A stretch of DNA of 61,653 nt from Actinomycetota bacterium (GCA_037445775.1 JBBIJX010000005.1:1-61653); one strand, 5' to 3'; shown: positions 10,360 through 19,076, counted from the first letter of the stretch. Notes: generated by a model from the letters alone, not told the origin. Made by a program: numbers and translations.

Positions 10360-10644
10360 CTACTCGACGAACTCCTCGACGGGGATGGCCTTCTTCTTGT
10401 CCGTCGGCGTGGCGGGCGTGCCGTCGCCGTCCTCATCGAGCACGTTATCGGTGCGCAGCTTGCCGCTGCGGCCCGTGCCCAGCTGGAAGTTGACCCAGCG
10501 CTTGTACTGCCAGACCGCGTATCCGAGCAGGATGACCATCGCGAGCCAGTAGGCGATCTGCGCAATGAATGCTACGACCTGGCCGTTGGCCATGATCCAC
10601 TCGACAAAACCGCTGCTCTGCTGAACAGGCACTGCTCCACCCAT
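10360..10644 (-). CDS. Small single-pass membrane protein, unknown function
   Basis: One hydrophobic helix then an acidic tail; fills the gap between the tRNA and hemB in the same orientation; start uncertain. Confidence 0.65.
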   Translation of the reverse strand: MGGAVPVQQSSGFVEWIMANGQVVAFIAQIAYWLAMVILLGYAVWQYKRWVNFQLGTGRSGKLRTDNVLDEDGDGTPATPTDKKKAIPVEEFVE

Positions 10645-10675
10645 GAGGGGTCCCTTCGTCCGCGTCTTCCATACA

Positions 10676-10710
10676 GTCAGGGCGGCCCGCCGTGACGAGA
10701 CCGCCCTGAC
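10676..10710 (-). terminator. Hairpin downstream of tRNA-Ala
   Basis: GTCAGGGCGG...CCGCCCTGAC 10-bp inverted repeat; weak U tract. Confidence 0.5.
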
Positions 10711-10721
10711 ATTCTACCCGT

Positions 10722-10797
10722 TGGTGGAGACGAGCGGATTCGAACCGCCGACCTCTGCCGTGCGAAGGCAGCGCTCTCCCAACTGAGCCACGTCCCC
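10722..10797 (-). tRNA. tRNA-Ala (anticodon CGC)
   Basis: GGGGACGTGGCTCAGTTGGGAGAGCG CTGCC TTCGCAC GGCAG AGGTCGGCGGTTCGAATCCGCTCGTCTCCACCA; 76 nt, G3:U70, encoded CCA. Confidence 0.97.
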
Positions 10798-10845
10798 ACG
10801 AATGCGCTTCACATGCCCTGATAGGGGGCCTGAAGAGCGAAGGAT

Positions 10846-10874
10846 ATGATGACAAGCGCATGGCGGAGTGTCAA
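10846..10874 (-). promoter_or_regulatory. Sigma70-type promoter for the tRNA-Ala/hemB/ahbD transcript
   Basis: TTGACA-17 nt-CATCAT on the minus strand. Confidence 0.55.
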
Positions 10875-10925
10875 ACCGCCGTATGCGCGCGGGAAGCACT
10901 CGGAGCCGTCCTGTCGACACTCGCC

Positions 10926-11744
10926 TCACTCCCCCGCCAGATACGCCGCCAGCGCGTCCACCAGCGCCTCGATCGTCGATGGCTGCGCCTCGAGGTCGAC
11001 GCGAATCCCCGCCTCACGCAGCGCGACGGTCGTGACAGGCCCTATGCTCGCGATGACCACGCGCGACATCGCATCAGCGGGATCGACGCCAGCGCGCCGG
11101 AGGAGTGCTGTGAAGTTGCGCACGGTGCTGGGGCTCGTGAACGTGACCGCGTCGAACCCGCCAGAACGCAGCCTCTCGACCGTCGCGGGCTCCGGCGTCG
11201 CAGGCACCGTCCGGTAGACCGGCGCGACGTCGACGATGGCACCGAGCAGGCGGAGTGTTTCCGGCAGCACCTCGCGCGCCTCAAGGGCTCGCGGGATGAG
11301 CACGTGCCAGCCGGGGCCTACCCCCCGCGCGACGAACTCCTCCGCGAGCGCTTCGGCGCGGAAGCTCGACGGCGGCACGAAGTCTGCCGTGTGGCCGCGC
11401 GCCGCGAGCACGCGGGCCGTGGCGTCACCCACGGCCGCGAGCTTGGGGTGTGCGAGCTCGTCGGCAGAGAAACCGCGGTCCTCGAGCCTGGTGAAGAAGC
11501 GGCGCACGGCGTTCGCGGACGTGAAGACGACCCAGTCGTACTCGCGCAGACGTGACAGCGCGTCGTCGATGAGCTCGAAGTCCGGCGGATCGACAACCTC
11601 GATCACGGGACAGGCCACGACCTCGGCTCCCAGGGCCTCGAGCGGGCCCGCAAGCTCACTCGCCTGCTCGCGTGTGCGGGTCACAACAATGGAGCGCCCG
11701 CTCAGGGGCGCCTCGACGTGCGCGTCTTCGGCAGAACCAGCCAA
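10926..11744 (-). CDS. hemD: Uroporphyrinogen-III synthase
   Basis: IVVTRTREQA, YDWVVFTSANAV, AVGDATA, VTFTSPSTV, SIGPVT. Confidence 0.93.
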   Translation of the reverse strand: MAGSAEDAHVEAPLSGRSIVVTRTREQASELAGPLEALGAEVVACPVIEVVDPPDFELIDDALSRLREYDWVVFTSANAVRRFFTRLEDRGFSADELAHPKLAAVGDATARVLAARGHTADFVPPSSFRAEALAEEFVARGVGPGWHVLIPRALEAREVLPETLRLLGAIVDVAPVYRTVPATPEPATVERLRSGGFDAVTFTSPSTVRNFTALLRRAGVDPADAMSRVVIASIGPVTTVALREAGIRVDLEAQPSTIEALVDALAAYLAGE

Positions 11745-11759
11745 GCGACCCCTCCGCTG

Positions 11760-12719
11760 TCAGGTCTTGAGGAGGCCGTCGACGCCGTCGGCCGCGCGGA
11801 TCTCGGCGAGGATCTCGCCGCCGCCCAGCTCGAGCAGGCGCGCGACCATCGCGTCGCCCAGCGCGACCGGGTTGTTCGGATCACCGGTCAGCCTGTCGCG
11901 CACGATGCGACTCCCGTCGACCGAGCCCACGAGCCCGTCCATGACGAGCGCACCGTCCTCGATGCGCGCATAGGCGCCGATGGGCACCTGGCAGCCGCCC
12001 TCGAGCTTACGCATGACGACGCGCTCCGCGGTGACGCACGTGAACGTCTCGGGATGATTCACCCTGGCCATGACGTCGATCATGAAGTCGTCATCATCAC
12101 GGATCTCGATGCCGATGGCGCCCTGGCCCACGGCGGAGACCATCTGCTCCGTTGGAATGTAGCTTGAGATGCGCTCCGCCCAGCCCATGCGCGTGATGCC
12201 GGCGCTCGCGAGGATCACGACGTCGACCTCGCCGTCCTCGGCCTTGCGCATGCGCGTGTCGAGATTGCCGCGCACGTCGACGATGTGCACGTCGGGGCGC
12301 AGGTTGCGAACCTGCGCGACGCGGCGAAGTGAGCTCGTGCCCACCTTCGCGCCTTCGGGCAGTGTCTCCAAGCTGTAGCCAGCGCCGGAGACGAGTGCAT
12401 CACGCGGGTCGACACGCTTCGGCGTCGCCGCGATGTACATGCCGGGCGGAAGCTCCGTGGGCACGTCCTTCATCGAGTGCACGCACAGGTCGACGGTACC
12501 CGCCGCGAGTTCGACCTCGAGCTCCTTTGTGAACAACCCCTTGCCGCCCACCTTGGCCAGCGGGACATCGAGGATCTTGTCGCCGGTGGTCTTGATGATC
12601 TTGAGCTCGACCGGCAGACCGGTGATCTCCTCGACCAGCCCCTTGATGAAGTTCGACTGCCACAGAGCGAGCTTGCTGCCCCTGGTCCCGATCACGAGCT
12701 TCGCGCGGCTAGCAACCAA
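11760..12719 (-). CDS. hemC: Hydroxymethylbilane synthase
   Basis: IGTRGSKLALWQS, GKGLFTKELE, VHSMKDVPT, GTSSLRR, RGNLDTR, LEGGCQVPIG; TTG start inferred. Confidence 0.97.
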   Translation of the reverse strand: MVASRAKLVIGTRGSKLALWQSNFIKGLVEEITGLPVELKIIKTTGDKILDVPLAKVGGKGLFTKELEVELAAGTVDLCVHSMKDVPTELPPGMYIAATPKRVDPRDALVSGAGYSLETLPEGAKVGTSSLRRVAQVRNLRPDVHIVDVRGNLDTRMRKAEDGEVDVVILASAGITRMGWAERISSYIPTEQMVSAVGQGAIGIEIRDDDDFMIDVMARVNHPETFTCVTAERVVMRKLEGGCQVPIGAYARIEDGALVMDGLVGSVDGSRIVRDRLTGDPNNPVALGDAMVARLLELGGGEILAEIRAADGVDGLLKT

Positions 12720-14103
12720 CGGAGTCTCCCATCTCACCGGAGTTCTGAGTGGACTGGGCCTGAGGATGCTGCACCGCGGGACGCTCGCCCCGTTTGAGCA
12801 GGTTCTTGAGCAGGCCGAGATGCGGGCTTCTGCCTTCGGGGTTGCTGTCGAGCCCGTAAAGATAGCGCGCGGCCTCGATGTAGCCGACCCCGTAGCGCTC
12901 GCCGCTCACTTGCTTGAGGCGTTCCGTGGGGCCGTGCAGCATCTTGTTGACGATCGCCTGCGACATCATCTCGACGGTCTTGAGTTCCTTCTCGGACAGG
13001 CCGCCAAGCCGCTTCATCGCCTTCTCGAGCTCTTCGGTGCGCACCCGCTCGGCCTTAGCGCGGATCGCGGCGACCGTCGGGACGACCGCCATCGAATCCA
13101 GCCACGTCTCGAACGCTATCATCTCCTCGGCGATGATGACCTCGGCGCGCTCGGCCTCGCGCATGCGTTCCTCAAGGTTCGTCGAGACGACGCCGTTGAG
13201 GTCGTCGATGTTGTAGACGAACGCGTCGCCGAGTCTCGCGCACTCGGGGTCGATGTCGCGCGGGAGGGCGATGTCGATGAGGAAGAGCGGGTCGCGCCTG
13301 CGGTGGAGCACCGGCGCGAGCAACTCCTTCGTGATGACGTAGCCCGGTGCGGCCGTCGAGGAGATGACGATGTCGGCCTCGCGCATGCGCTCGAAGAGCG
13401 ACTCGTAGGGGATCGCCTCGCCGTCAAAGCGCTCCGCGAGCTCGACGGCGCGCTCGAAGGTGCGGTTCGCCACCAGCGTGCGCGACACGCCCGCGCCCAC
13501 CAGGTTCTTCGCCGTGAGCTCGCTCATCTTGCCTGCGCCGAGCACCAACACGCAGCGACCCTCGAGCGTGTCGAAGACGCGCTTCGCGAGCTCTACCGCG
13601 GCGTAGCTGATCGACACGGCGTTCTCGCCGATGTCGGTCTCGGTGCGCACGCGCTTGCCCACCTCGAAGCTCTGGCGAAACAGCTTGTTGAAGACGCGGC
13701 CGGTGGCCTGGTACGTGAAGGCGTGATCGTACGCCTCCTTCACCTGTCCCAGAATCTGTGCCTCGCCGAGCACCATCGAGTCAAGCGACGCAACAACCCT
13801 GAACAGATGCCGAACGACAGCCTCGCCCTCGGAGATGTAGAGGTAGCGGACGAGCTCCGTCCGGTCGAGGTCGTGGTAGTCGGCCATGAAGTCGATGATC
13901 GCGGCCGGCCCGTCGTGGCTAGCTGCGGTCACCGCGTAGATCTCGGTGCGATTGCACGTCGAGACGATGACCGCCTCGGTCACGGCGTCGGAGTCGAGAA
14001 GGTGTGCGAGCGCGTGCTCCTGCCTGCTGGCGGGGAACGTGAGCTTCTCGCGTATGTCGACCGGAGCGGTCTTGTGGCTCAGCCCCACGAGCGTCAGATG
14101 CAT
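12709..14103 (-). CDS. hemA: Glutamyl-tRNA reductase
   Basis: GLSHKTAPVDIRE, STCNRTEIY, LDSMVLGEAQILGQVK, GAGKM, DIALPRDID. Confidence 0.97.
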   Translation of the reverse strand: MHLTLVGLSHKTAPVDIREKLTFPASRQEHALAHLLDSDAVTEAVIVSTCNRTEIYAVTAASHDGPAAIIDFMADYHDLDRTELVRYLYISEGEAVVRHLFRVVASLDSMVLGEAQILGQVKEAYDHAFTYQATGRVFNKLFRQSFEVGKRVRTETDIGENAVSISYAAVELAKRVFDTLEGRCVLVLGAGKMSELTAKNLVGAGVSRTLVANRTFERAVELAERFDGEAIPYESLFERMREADIVISSTAAPGYVITKELLAPVLHRRRDPLFLIDIALPRDIDPECARLGDAFVYNIDDLNGVVSTNLEERMREAERAEVIIAEEMIAFETWLDSMAVVPTVAAIRAKAERVRTEELEKAMKRLGGLSEKELKTVEMMSQAIVNKMLHGPTERLKQVSGERYGVGYIEAARYLYGLDSNPEGRSPHLGLLKNLLKRGERPAVQHPQAQSTQNSGEMGDSVGC

Positions 14104-14138
14104 TCGGTCTGTCTCGCCTCACCAGGTCTATCGTCACT

Positions 14139-14285
14139 CGCCGCCATCGTGGCGGCGCTTGGGCACAGGAGCGCCCTCGCCGGAGCGGTGCGTTGGTGTT
14201 CAGGCAAGCAGGCCCGGCGAGGGCGGTGTCACGGTCACTCGTATGACGCATCACTGCATGTTGCCTGAACGCTCGGATTCTAACA
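14139..14285 (-). promoter_or_regulatory. hemA promoter (TGnTAGAAT) and structured ~170-nt leader
   Basis: Extended -10 at 14285-14277. Crossing complementary pairs 14261-14270/14198-14207 and 14214-14225/14172-14183. Hairpin at 14139-14157. Confidence 0.55.
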
Positions 14286-14326
14286 CCTTGGGGCACGCGG
14301 CGCCACCTGAAGGTTGTATTAGGGAC

Positions 14327-14350
14327 GCAGGTCAGCGGGTGCGGTAGCGG
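14327..14350. repeat. 24-bp direct repeat, left copy (GCAGGTCAGCGGGTGCGGTAGCGG)
   Basis: Identical to 15707-15730; the two copies bracket the AAA-DUF4143 gene. Confidence 0.9.
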
Positions 14351-14416
14351 GCACGGAGAAGCGCTCCGTGATGCGCGCGGCGGCTGCGGGCTCGACCCGA
14401 GATTGTCGCGGGGCGC

Positions 14417-14460
14417 CATGATGTGGAATATTATTCACATCATGAGTAGATTCCACTCAT
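14417..14460. promoter_or_regulatory. AT-rich inverted repeats over the AAA-DUF4143 start (putative autoregulatory operator)
   Basis: CATGATGTG-N10-CACATCATG and ATGAGT-N7-ACTCAT. Confidence 0.5.
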
Positions 14461-15701
14461 ACGTTGAAGAAGTTCCTCCCCACGCCTACCGTCCGCGCTG
14501 GGCCGCGGGCGTCGTGAGGGCGCTCGCGGAGGACTTCCCGGTGACCGTGCTCACTGGCGCGAGGCAGGTGGGCAAGTCGACCCTCCTCAGACGCGAGGAG
14601 CCGTTCCGGCAGTGGCGCTATGTGACCCTCGACGACTTCGATGCGCTCGATGCCGCAATGACAGATCCCGCGTCGCTTTGGACCGGTACCCAGACCGTGG
14701 TTCTCGATGAAGTCCAGAAGGCGCCTGCTGTGCTCAGCGCGGTCAAGGCAGCGATCGACGGTGATCCCAGCCGACGGTTCGTCCTGTCGGGTTCGGCGAA
14801 CCTGTTGCTCATGAGCCGCGTGAGCGAGAGCCTCGCGGGACGAGCGGCCTACCTTGAGCTCGGTCCGCTTGCTCTGGGTGAGGAGGAGACGCGCGCAGCG
14901 CCTACCGTCCTCGCCGACATGCTCGCGGGCGTGGCACCTACGCGCGCACGGGCCACGTCTCACATCGATGCGCTGACCGTGGCACAGCGCGGCATGATGC
15001 CTCGGTTCCTCTCGCTTCCGGCGCGAGCCACAGCCTCGTGGTGGGATGGCTACGTCGCAACGTACCTCGAGCGCGATCTGCGCACACTCTCCCACGTCAG
15101 CTCGCTCTCGGAGTTCCGTCGGCTGATGGAGGTGCTCGCGCTGCGCTCAGGGCAGCTTCTCAACCGGTCAGAGGCGGCGCGCGACGTGGGCCTGAGCCAG
15201 GCGACCGCGCACCGCTATATCGGCCTTATGGAGGTCTCGGCCGTCCTCACCTTGCTGCGCGCGTTCGCGGGCAACAGGTCCAGCCGGCTCGTCAAGGCGC
15301 CAAAGCCCTACCTGTTCGACTCGGGGCTCGCGGCCTTCCTCTCGGGGCACTACGAGCATGCGTCGCTCTTGGGTTCGCGCGAGGCCGGGGCCGTGTTCGA
15401 GACCTTCGTCCTGCAGCATATTCGCGTGCTCTGCCAGCTCATGTCGCCGCGCCCGAAGGTGCACTACTGGCGCACGGTCGCGGGACGTGAGGTGGATGTG
15501 GTTGTCGAGCACGGCCGCTCGATCGTGGGGCTTGAGATCAAGCTCTCTGAGCGTGCGGGGTATCGCGACACCGCCGGGCTCCGGGCGTTCAAGGAGTCCA
15601 CGCCCGGCGTGTCGTGCTGTGCCGTGGTCTACTGTGGAACCGAGATCGCCGAACTCGCCGACGGAATCTTCGCCGTACCGTGGAGTGAGTTCGCCGGCTG
15701 A
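14442..15701 (+). CDS. AAA_14 ATPase with HTH and DUF4143 (PD-(D/E)XK-like) C-terminus
   Basis: LTGARQVGKST, VVLDEVQKAP, LSGS, ESLAGR, YLERDL, KAPKPYLFDSG, FETFV, YWRTVAGREVD..EIK; start 14442 or 14418. Confidence 0.9.
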   Translation: MSRFHSYVEEVPPHAYRPRWAAGVVRALAEDFPVTVLTGARQVGKSTLLRREEPFRQWRYVTLDDFDALDAAMTDPASLWTGTQTVVLDEVQKAPAVLSAVKAAIDGDPSRRFVLSGSANLLLMSRVSESLAGRAAYLELGPLALGEEETRAAPTVLADMLAGVAPTRARATSHIDALTVAQRGMMPRFLSLPARATASWWDGYVATYLERDLRTLSHVSSLSEFRRLMEVLALRSGQLLNRSEAARDVGLSQATAHRYIGLMEVSAVLTLLRAFAGNRSSRLVKAPKPYLFDSGLAAFLSGHYEHASLLGSREAGAVFETFVLQHIRVLCQLMSPRPKVHYWRTVAGREVDVVVEHGRSIVGLEIKLSERAGYRDTAGLRAFKESTPGVSCCAVVYCGTEIAELADGIFAVPWSEFAG

Positions 15702-15706
15702 GGTAA

Positions 15707-15730
15707 GCAGGTCAGCGGGTGCGGTAGCGG
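15707..15730. repeat. 24-bp direct repeat, right copy
   Basis: Identical to 14327-14350. Confidence 0.9.
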
Positions 15731-15748
15731 TTCGTGCGGAGTCGGCGG

Positions 15749-17122
15749 TCACCGCGTCCGGTACCGGGCGCGCCCCTCGGCGATGTAGTACTTGCGGTGA
15801 GGGTCGTTCGGTGAGGAGCCGACCTCGACGACGAGCCCCGCGTCCACGAGCGTGCGCAGCCGGGTCCGGGCTGAGCGCGGCGTCCGCGAGATCGCGGTGG
15901 CGACGTCGCTGGTCGAAAGGCCTCCGGAAGCGGCGAGCGCATCAAGTACCGCGGCGTCGAGCGGCTCGACCTCAGCGGTGTCGCGCGCGGCGCGCAGGGT
16001 GACCCGCACGAGCGAACCGAGCTCCTCGATCTCGGGCTCGGGCAGACCCGCCAACCGGCATGCCTCGATGGCGCGCGGGATGCCCGTCCCCCATTGCTCG
16101 ACGATGCCGAGTTCGCGCAGCACCCGGGCGATGACCCGGTTTCTGATCCGTGAGACGCCCGCCCGCAGATCGTCGACGGTGAGCCCCGGAAGCAGTAGCC
16201 CCGGACTGTCGACCTCGAGCCGGTCATCGAAGATCGCGATGCGTGTGCGCATGCCCGGAAGGGAGTAGTCCGCGTGCACAGACGCGTTGACGACGATCTC
16301 GCGGACGGCCTCCAGGGGATACTCCCAGACCTCCGCCCGGCGAACTCCACCGATCTCGTAGCGTCGCGCGAGATTGCGCCTGACGAACGCGAGTGCGCCC
16401 TCGATCGCGTGCGGAAGCGCCTCATCGAACGTGGCCGCGTCGGCGAATGTCGAGCGCCCCGTGCCTATGAAGCGCGCCGCCTCGATGACCGCATCGGGGA
16501 AGCGCTCGATCCTCCGCGCTCCGAACAGCAGCACACCTCCGACGGTAGGCACATCGCGACCGTCCGCCCGTGCGATGATGCGCAACGTCGTGAGCGCCCG
16601 GCGGTCGATCGTCCGCGACCCCGCGAACGACGCGCGCACGGCCGCAACGTCGATGGCCTCCGTCCCGGCATCGATGAGGGGTTCCTCGTCGAACGAGCGG
16701 CCGCCCGACGAGCGCCGCAGTTCGACGATCATCGCAGCATCGGCCCGCCTGTTGGTGGAGCCCACCCTGACGTAGACCCCGTCATGCGGTCCGAGGCGCT
16801 TGACGTTGTACGGACGCGAGCTGCCGGGGTGGACGCGAACGGCGAGGACGCTGCGATCCCGCCACGCGAGAACGTCGATCTCTGGCGCGATCCGCGGCTC
16901 GATCGAGTCAACCAAGATGCTTGCGATCCGCTCCTCGGCAGCGAGCGGGTCCGCAACGCCCACGACCTCGCGCGTCTTGTCCGCGACGCCTACAAGCACC
17001 ACGCCTCCGGCGGAGTTGGCGAACGCGACAACGGAGCGCACGATGCCGTCTGGCGAAGAAGCATCCTGCTTGAACTCGAGGGTCTTGCCCTCGTTGCGCG
17101 TAAGAAGTGTGGCGAGATCCAT
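15749..17122 (-). CDS. Schlafen/AlbA_2 + HATPase_c_4 + winged-HTH protein
   Basis: EGKTLEFKQ, VVAFANSAGGVVLVGVAD, YVRVGSTN, YPLEAVREIVVNASVHADY, DRLEVDSPG, RNRVIA, EQWGTGI, C-terminal HTH. Confidence 0.88.
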   Translation of the reverse strand: MDLATLLTRNEGKTLEFKQDASSPDGIVRSVVAFANSAGGVVLVGVADKTREVVGVADPLAAEERIASILVDSIEPRIAPEIDVLAWRDRSVLAVRVHPGSSRPYNVKRLGPHDGVYVRVGSTNRRADAAMIVELRRSSGGRSFDEEPLIDAGTEAIDVAAVRASFAGSRTIDRRALTTLRIIARADGRDVPTVGGVLLFGARRIERFPDAVIEAARFIGTGRSTFADAATFDEALPHAIEGALAFVRRNLARRYEIGGVRRAEVWEYPLEAVREIVVNASVHADYSLPGMRTRIAIFDDRLEVDSPGLLLPGLTVDDLRAGVSRIRNRVIARVLRELGIVEQWGTGIPRAIEACRLAGLPEPEIEELGSLVRVTLRAARDTAEVEPLDAAVLDALAASGGLSTSDVATAISRTPRSARTRLRTLVDAGLVVEVGSSPNDPHRKYYIAEGRARYRTR

Positions 17123-17180
17123 ACTCAGTAATCTACTAGGAAGTACTCAGAGACGCAACGCTTCCGTGTAGATTTCCTAC

Positions 17181-17208
17181 CGCCTACTCCTACTCGCCTA
17201 CTCCTACT
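17181..17208. repeat. Perfect 14-bp tandem duplication CGCCTACTCCTACT x2 containing the SDR stop codon
   Basis: 17181-17194 equals 17195-17208, plus a partial CCTAC at 17176. Confidence 0.8.
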
Positions 17209-18103
17209 TTGCCTCTTCCTGCTTCGCCTTCTGGGCTGCCCCACGCTGCTTGCGCGCCTTCTTGACGTCGCTGTCGACGATCGCGTAGAAGAGCTCGGGC
17301 AGAAGCCCCTTGAGCCGGAAATACAAGGCCAGCGTCGCGTCTGGGATGACCAAGTAGCGGCCGCGGTCGATTGCCTTCATCACACCGCGAGCGACCTGGT
17401 CGGCCGGAATCGGCTTGACCTTGCCGGAGATCACGTGAGTCTCGTGCGGGCGCAGCGTGTGCTCGTACGCGAGACCGGGCGTCTCGGTGTCCGGCGGGCA
17501 GACAACCGACACGCGCACGCCCTCGGGCTTCATCTCGCAGCGCAGCGCCTCGGTGAAGCCCATGACCGCGTACTTCGCTGCCGCGTAACTTGTGTAGCCG
17601 TAGTAGGCCAGGAAGCCGGCACCGGATGAGACGTTGATGATGTGTCCACTCCCGCGCTCGACCATGCGAGAGACGACGGCGCGGCACGGGTGGACGACGC
17701 TCCAGAAGCCGGATGACATGTTCGCCTCGAAATCGTCCAGTGGCATCGTGACGAACTCGCCAGGGATGATGACGCCCGCTGAGTTCACAAGAACGTCGGG
17801 AGCGAAGCCTTCGGCCGACAGTTCGGCGAAGACCGCCTCTGTGCGATCGAAAGAGCACAGGTCCGCGCTCTTCCAGACGACACGCTGCGCGCTGTCGGAC
17901 GCCACGGCACGGATCGCCTCGGCAGCCGCCTCGAGCCGGCCCGCATCCCGCGCGACGATCGCAACGTCGTAGCCGCGTCGCGCGAGCGCTTCGGCACACG
18001 CGAGCCCGATGCCGGAGCTTCCGCCGGTGACGACCGCGCACGGGCGCGCGCTCACGTACTCGCGCGTCTCTACGAGGAGCTTGCCGACGGCCACGGGCCG
18101 CAC
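17204..18103 (-). CDS. Short-chain dehydrogenase/reductase, KDSR-like
   Basis: VVTGGSSGIG, LVNSAG, NVSS, YTSYAAAKYA, CPPDTETPG; start may be GTG 18055. Confidence 0.88.
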   Translation of the reverse strand: MRPVAVGKLLVETREYVSARPCAVVTGGSSGIGLACAEALARRGYDVAIVARDAGRLEAAAEAIRAVASDSAQRVVWKSADLCSFDRTEAVFAELSAEGFAPDVLVNSAGVIIPGEFVTMPLDDFEANMSSGFWSVVHPCRAVVSRMVERGSGHIINVSSGAGFLAYYGYTSYAAAKYAVMGFTEALRCEMKPEGVRVSVVCPPDTETPGLAYEHTLRPHETHVISGKVKPIPADQVARGVMKAIDRGRYLVIPDATLALYFRLKGLLPELFYAIVDSDVKKARKQRGAAQKAKQEEAK

Positions 18104-18973
18104 CTACAGCTGGCCGAAGACGTGGAAGCCAACGGGTAGCGTGCGCGCGATGATCGCAAGGATGACGACGAACACGAAGCCGGTCACCGCGACCCACGCC
18201 GTGGTGCGCGAGGTCACGTTGTGCCGGTAGACGATCGTCAGGTAGGTGCCGAACGTCATCAGGACGATACCCGACATCATGATGCGCGCGTCGAAGTACC
18301 AGCCGCCCACATCTACTTGGATCGCGCGGATCATGCCGAGCGAGAGTCCGGCCGCATACACGGGGAATGCGAGTGCGATCGCGCGGCGCGACACCGTCTC
18401 AAGCGTCGCGAGTGACGGGAGCCGCCGAGACATGCGGTTCGAGCGGTGGTGCTTGAGCTGCGACTCCTGGTAGAGGTAGAGCATCGAAGAGACGGCTCCG
18501 ACGATGAAGCCCGCATTCGCGAAGACGATCAGCGCGACGTGGAAGGCGATACCCCAGCTGTTGAGCTGGTTGGCCACGTCGGCCGGTGGCGGCGTCAGCG
18601 CGCCGGATCCGGCGCCGCCCATCAACTGCGCGATGGCCATGAGCAACGCAGCCGCCGGGACGAGGAACGCGCCGTACGCACGCAGGTGCATGAGGTGCTC
18701 CATGGCGAAGTACAGGAGCACAAGCGCCCAGCTCGCGAGAACGAGTTGGTTCGCGCCGGTGAGCGGCGTGCCGTCATTCGCGACCGAGTTCGCCCCGATC
18801 GACAGTGTCTGCATGAGGAATCCGGCGCCAGTCGCGAACCGTGCCCACCAAGCGACTTTCGAGCGGCGCAACGCGAACTGGTAGGCGTAGAGCACCGACG
18901 CGACGACGTAGGACGCGAACGCGAACCAGTACAGGACAACCGAGGCCCGCTCTGCAAGTTCGACACTGAACAC
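18104..18973 (-). CDS. Cytochrome c assembly family membrane protein (CcsA/HemX/YpjD-like)
   Basis: About 8 TM helices; W..FHV, LYLYQESQLK, RLPSLATLE; degenerate WWD segment (GWYFDAR). Confidence 0.8.
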   Translation of the reverse strand: MFSVELAERASVVLYWFAFASYVVASVLYAYQFALRRSKVAWWARFATGAGFLMQTLSIGANSVANDGTPLTGANQLVLASWALVLLYFAMEHLMHLRAYGAFLVPAAALLMAIAQLMGGAGSGALTPPPADVANQLNSWGIAFHVALIVFANAGFIVGAVSSMLYLYQESQLKHHRSNRMSRRLPSLATLETVSRRAIALAFPVYAAGLSLGMIRAIQVDVGGWYFDARIMMSGIVLMTFGTYLTIVYRHNVTSRTTAWVAVTGFVFVVILAIIARTLPVGFHVFGQL

Positions 18974-19076
18974 GACTGTTGTGACCCCTCCGCCGGTGTG
19001 TCAAGGACGCGCCCGCTAACGGGCCTGCATCGCCAGTATACGGCTATGGCCCCGCGCGTGCGCTAGGCGAGGCCCG

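Noticed and set aside
10722-10797. tRNA-Ala as an island integration site
   Set aside because: I found no duplicated tRNA 3' end and no integrase in the window.
12433-14268. Long plus-strand ORFs antisense to real genes (also 8153-9340, 22069-23691, 33329-34873, 45337-47025, 58725-60122)
   Set aside because: Shadow ORFs expected from high-GC codon bias; they have no motifs and lie opposite well-supported genes.
14104-14280. T-box or known riboswitch ahead of hemA
   Set aside because: No GGTGGNACCGCG T-box and no cobalamin, SAM, SAH or ZTP consensus; kept only as an unknown structured leader.
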